This document shows positions 61,102 to 64,000 of a DNA stretch of 64,000 nucleotides, piece after piece. The stretch comes from a virus. Location of the stretch: IMG/VR virus record IMGVR_UViG_3300036770_007134, positions 7,896-71,895 of that record. One strand, written 5' to 3'. Within the stretch, counting starts at the first letter, position 1. Each line of letters opens with the position of its first letter. A model generated the notes under the pieces. It was not told where the DNA came from. It searched no databases and saw only the letters and a list, made by a program, of their open reading frames with translations. The position numbers and the translations under genes were made by a program.

Positions 61102-62163
61102 TCAGTTGCCGATATTATTAATAGCAGTAACCTCGTAGTTACGGGTAAGGCTAACGTTCTTGGCGACAGTAATACCTTCGCCGTCGCCCATCATCACGAT
61201 ATCATAGCGCTCCTTCATCTTAAGGGCACGAATGTCACGTGTTGGATCATCAAATTGATCGGTACTCATGTCATCTTTGACTAGAAGTGTTCCAACCTCA
61301 TTGCGATCGATGAGGAATAAGTCAGACTTAGCCGGAGTAGCACCACTCTTCGCCGTGAAGCTTACGAATGGAGATACTAAAACATTTAAACCCATAGGAG
61401 CAGTTGCATTTACTGCACTTTGTGCCGACTGAGGGCGATATCCCCAGCTGGTACCAACACCAGAAGCAGCGCCGCCAGCATGGAATATTGCATCCTTTAG
61501 GAAGACTGACCACATTAATGGATGGAGTATGAAGTCTGTTGGGACATGATTCTCAGCCATTAAAACAGCAGCCATATCGATAATATCATCCCAGGTAACC
61601 GTACCGTTAGCTGCGCCATCGATATCAGTACCAGTTGTATTATCAAAGCTTACATTGTCGTTATCGAACACAACTGTAGCTGCGTCTTTGAAACGACTAA
61701 GGGCAATTTGCTCCTTTAGACGAGCCATTGCACGACCGGCTGCACGAACATGTAAACCGACAATGTCCCAAAGAGAATCAGCAACGACTTCTTCGGTAAA
61801 GGCGAGCTTAACGCCCTTCTTTGAGACCTTGCCCTCTACCTGCTTTGCAAAGGCGAGTGCTTGCTCTGGATACTCTTGACCCTCAGGGATTTCGGCAGCT
61901 TGGATTGCATTGACTGCTGGGAATTCCAATGAACGCCCCTTGCCAAGGCGAACTGTGGAAAGAAGTGGAGTTACAAGTAACTGCGGCTCTGCTGCTTCCC
62001 TTAGTGTGCGAGAGAGAACCTTGGGGAACAATGCAGCTGCGTCTGGAGACGCAAATGCTTCCTTAATAGTAACTCTATTCTCTTCATCGATATGTCCGTC
62101 CTCAGTCAACGCAGCCTCCCAAGCTGGGAGACCCGAGAGGAGCTCTTGGATTGTCTTACTCAT
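61102..62163 (-). CDS. Major capsid protein (HK97 fold)
   Basis: 353 aa; EIPEGQEYPE, KKGVKLAFTEEVVADS, PTDFILHP, KMKERYD; SD AGGAGG; followed by a terminator. Confidence 0.92.
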   Translation of the reverse strand: MSKTIQELLSGLPAWEAALTEDGHIDEENRVTIKEAFASPDAAALFPKVLSRTLREAAEPQLLVTPLLSTVRLGKGRSLEFPAVNAIQAAEIPEGQEYPEQALAFAKQVEGKVSKKGVKLAFTEEVVADSLWDIVGLHVRAAGRAMARLKEQIALSRFKDAATVVFDNDNVSFDNTTGTDIDGAANGTVTWDDIIDMAAVLMAENHVPTDFILHPLMWSVFLKDAIFHAGGAASGVGTSWGYRPQSAQSAVNATAPMGLNVLVSPFVSFTAKSGATPAKSDLFLIDRNEVGTLLVKDDMSTDQFDDPTRDIRALKMKERYDIVMMGDGEGITVAKNVSLTRNYEVTAINNIGN

Positions 62164-62197
62164 CTTAGGATTTTTCCTCCTGTGTATATTATTTTTA

Positions 62198-62968
62198 TCA
62201 GAGTGTTAAATTGACACGGAATGCGCCAATAACATTGTTAACATCCAGGTTAGCTCTAATGCCGAGCTTACCAGCATAGTCACCGCTACGAGTTAACTCA
62301 TAAACAGTCTTAAGCGCACCTGGATCAGATGGAAGCTGCATATAGCTGAGAAGGCCATCATCAAAGTTCGTAGCGAACTTCTCGACCTCGATAACCTTGC
62401 CAACCTGCAGATGTGCATAAACAGCATTGCTGTTAAACTGCTCTGCAGCGGTGAGCTTCACTGGACGGCCCATATGGTCCGCTCGGATTGCATCACCAAC
62501 GGCAAGGACATCATTTAAACCCTCAACCATCGGGTACTCTACGTAACCATGGGTGATGAAACCAGCACCCTGAGATGTACCCTTATCAAAGGGTCTGTAG
62601 AGATCATACTGAGCACAGCCGATTGGGACCGAGCGCGCAGGCACTTGGACCGTATCGGTTGAACCAGATGTACTGCTGGGAGTAGCTCCATCTAATGGAT
62701 CCCAGCCGCTCATTGTGTCACCCCAGTTTACGGCTGAACCTGTGCCGTTAGCTGGGACAATACGGGCATCGCCGTTTGCATCGGCGACGACCGAAAGAAT
62801 GGTGCCTTTAGTGATAACAATCTCAAAACGATCGTCTTCACTATCATAATACCAAGTTGGAAGACCTGGATCGGGGAGAAGGTAGGCACTTGGTGCGACA
62901 CCCTCTGAGACGACAAAGCGACCTGCGCCAGTCTTACTATGTACCTTGCGGAATTTTGCTAAACTCAT
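62198..62968 (-). CDS. Capsid decoration/cement protein
   Basis: 256 aa directly upstream of the MCP; VITKGTIL, PIGCA, LAVGDAIRADHMGRPV, VGKV; SD AAGGAG. Confidence 0.7.
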   Translation of the reverse strand: MSLAKFRKVHSKTGAGRFVVSEGVAPSAYLLPDPGLPTWYYDSEDDRFEIVITKGTILSVVADANGDARIVPANGTGSAVNWGDTMSGWDPLDGATPSSTSGSTDTVQVPARSVPIGCAQYDLYRPFDKGTSQGAGFITHGYVEYPMVEGLNDVLAVGDAIRADHMGRPVKLTAAEQFNSNAVYAHLQVGKVIEVEKFATNFDDGLLSYMQLPSDPGALKTVYELTRSGDYAGKLGIRANLDVNNVIGAFRVNLTL

Positions 62969-62987
62969 TTTATGTTCTCCTTATTTG

Positions 62988-63788
62988 TCAGAGTTTACGT
63001 CTACCCATAAGGGTGTCTACTAGAACTTGTTCAAAAGAATCAGCGGGATTAGATTTCTCAATAACTTCTTCATCTAATGTTTTTACGTTTTCCTCATTAA
63101 AAGAAACCATATTATCAACATCAAACTCATTTGAAGTTAAAAAATCTTTAGTTCTTTTACCAGTTTTTACTGAAAATGAAGCTAAATCTCTCAGAAGATC
63201 TGCCAAAGATGACGCGGTTCTTGAGGCGTGAGCTTCAATCATGCCATCTCTATCAGACTGTTCAGCTAAACCAAGAGAAATCTTTGTATCCACAACTCTT
63301 TCGACAAGAGTCATATGTAGAGCACTCTTAAGTTTTGAATTTTCATCCTTTAAAGATGAAATTTCTTCTTCAAGAAGAGCAACCTGAGTTGTTAGTTTCG
63401 CAGTATCCTGCTCATCACTACTTTGGACTGTGGTGAGATCACTGTCCTGCGTAACCTCTTCTTGAACTTCATCAACCTTATCAGTTGATGCCTCTTCTAA
63501 TTCTTCAGGGTCTTCAGAATCTACATTTTGTACTTCTGACTCTTCTGAATCACTAGATGAGCTCTGTTCAACGGTATCGTCAGCTTGCTGCTCGCTTTGC
63601 TCTGATATCTGTTCGACTTCTTGATTGCTCTCGGCAACCTCTTTTTCTGAAGATTCCTCAATAGCCTCTTTTTCTAATGCCTGACCTTCATCTTTAGCTT
63701 CTTCTTTTGAGGAGGCCATATTTGAAAGATCTTGACTTAGCTCAGTGGCAACTGCGAGAATATCTTCTTCTTTGGTATTATTATCCAT
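62988..63788 (-). CDS. Nested in-frame scaffold protein (internal start, 266 aa)
   Basis: GAGGAG-aatttaata-ATG at 63788, in frame (MDNNTKEE...), where the acidic tract begins. Confidence 0.55.
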   Translation of the reverse strand: MDNNTKEEDILAVATELSQDLSNMASSKEEAKDEGQALEKEAIEESSEKEVAESNQEVEQISEQSEQQADDTVEQSSSSDSEESEVQNVDSEDPEELEEASTDKVDEVQEEVTQDSDLTTVQSSDEQDTAKLTTQVALLEEEISSLKDENSKLKSALHMTLVERVVDTKISLGLAEQSDRDGMIEAHASRTASSLADLLRDLASFSVKTGKRTKDFLTSNEFDVDNMVSFNEENVKTLDEEVIEKSNPADSFEQVLVDTLMGRRKL

Positions 63789-64000
63789 TATTAAATTCTC
63801 CTCAGAGTTGACTGTTTCTGAATCTTCACTAGATAGTAATGAATTTGATATGTTATTATCACTTTCACTTTCATGAACAGCAATCGCAGATAGAAAAGCT
63901 CCTTTTGTTTGTAAATAAACAGTTTTAGAGTCTTTCTTTTTCATGTTCTTTAGAATAGATTCGTTTTCTTGCAATGAAATAATATCCTCATCATCCATAT
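62988..64000 (-). CDS. Prohead protease/scaffold gene, 3' part (probably starts beyond the window end)
   Basis: Frame is open to the window edge; long acidic low-complexity tract plus coiled coil; sits upstream of the decoration and MCP genes. No protease domain is visible in the window. Confidence 0.7.
   Translation of the reverse strand, partial: MDDEDIISLQENESILKNMKKKDSKTVYLQTKGAFLSAIAVHESESDNNISNSLLSSEDSETVNSEENLIMDNNTKEEDILAVATELSQDLSNMASSKEEAKDEGQALEKEAIEESSEKEVAESNQEVEQISEQSEQQADDTVEQSSSSDSEESEVQNVDSEDPEELEEASTDKVDEVQEEVTQDSDLTTVQSSDEQDTAKLTTQVALLEEEISSLKDENSKLKSALHMTLVERVVDTKISLGLAEQSDRDGMIEAHASRTASSLADLLRDLASFSVKTGKRTKDFLTSNEFDVDNMVSFNEENVKTLDEEVIEKSNPADSFEQVLVDTLMGRRKL

Noticed and set aside
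1956-63231. The many short plus-strand and alternate-frame ORFs in the ORF track
   Set aside because: They lie within or across long minus-strand genes of a coherent operon and show no recognisable motifs; they are shadow ORFs (15768-16043 just mirrors the propeller repeat).
1-64000. Stop-codon reassignment, as found in some large phages
   Set aside because: ORFs up to 4026 aa are intact under code 11, and TAA, TAG and TGA all end genes flush with the next start.

Overview
The whole window is one densely packed, minus-strand virion morphogenesis region of a large AT-rich myovirus (contractile tail, standard genetic code). In transcription order (right to left) it runs: truncated prohead/scaffold gene, capsid decoration protein, major capsid protein, Ig-like/fibre/neck genes, two sheath paralogs, tail tube plus two tube paralogs, two tail chaperones, 2214-aa and 1750-aa genes at the tape-measure position, a 4026-aa baseplate hub, a cell-wall hydrolase, spike, gp25, baseplate J, and large wedge/fibre proteins. 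Product calls come from motif recognition and gene order, not database searches. Main leads: (1) the 1750-aa protein carries an ordered set of single-chain two-barrel RNA polymerase motifs with a variant DLDD site and a permuted RxP motif, making it a candidate virion-delivered RNAP. (2) The tripeptide Ala-Thr-Pro recurs 21 times in eight predicted outer-virion proteins and never in eight other large proteins, a candidate modification sequon. (3) The hub ends in hydrophobic helices plus an intact-looking staphylococcal-nuclease domain. (4) The capsid gene 3' UTR is complementary to 23S rRNA helix 69. (5) A 7-repeat beta-propeller cassette sits inside a wedge protein. (6) A nested scaffold start lies inside the last ORF. 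No tRNA, rRNA, CRISPR array or mobile element was recognised.
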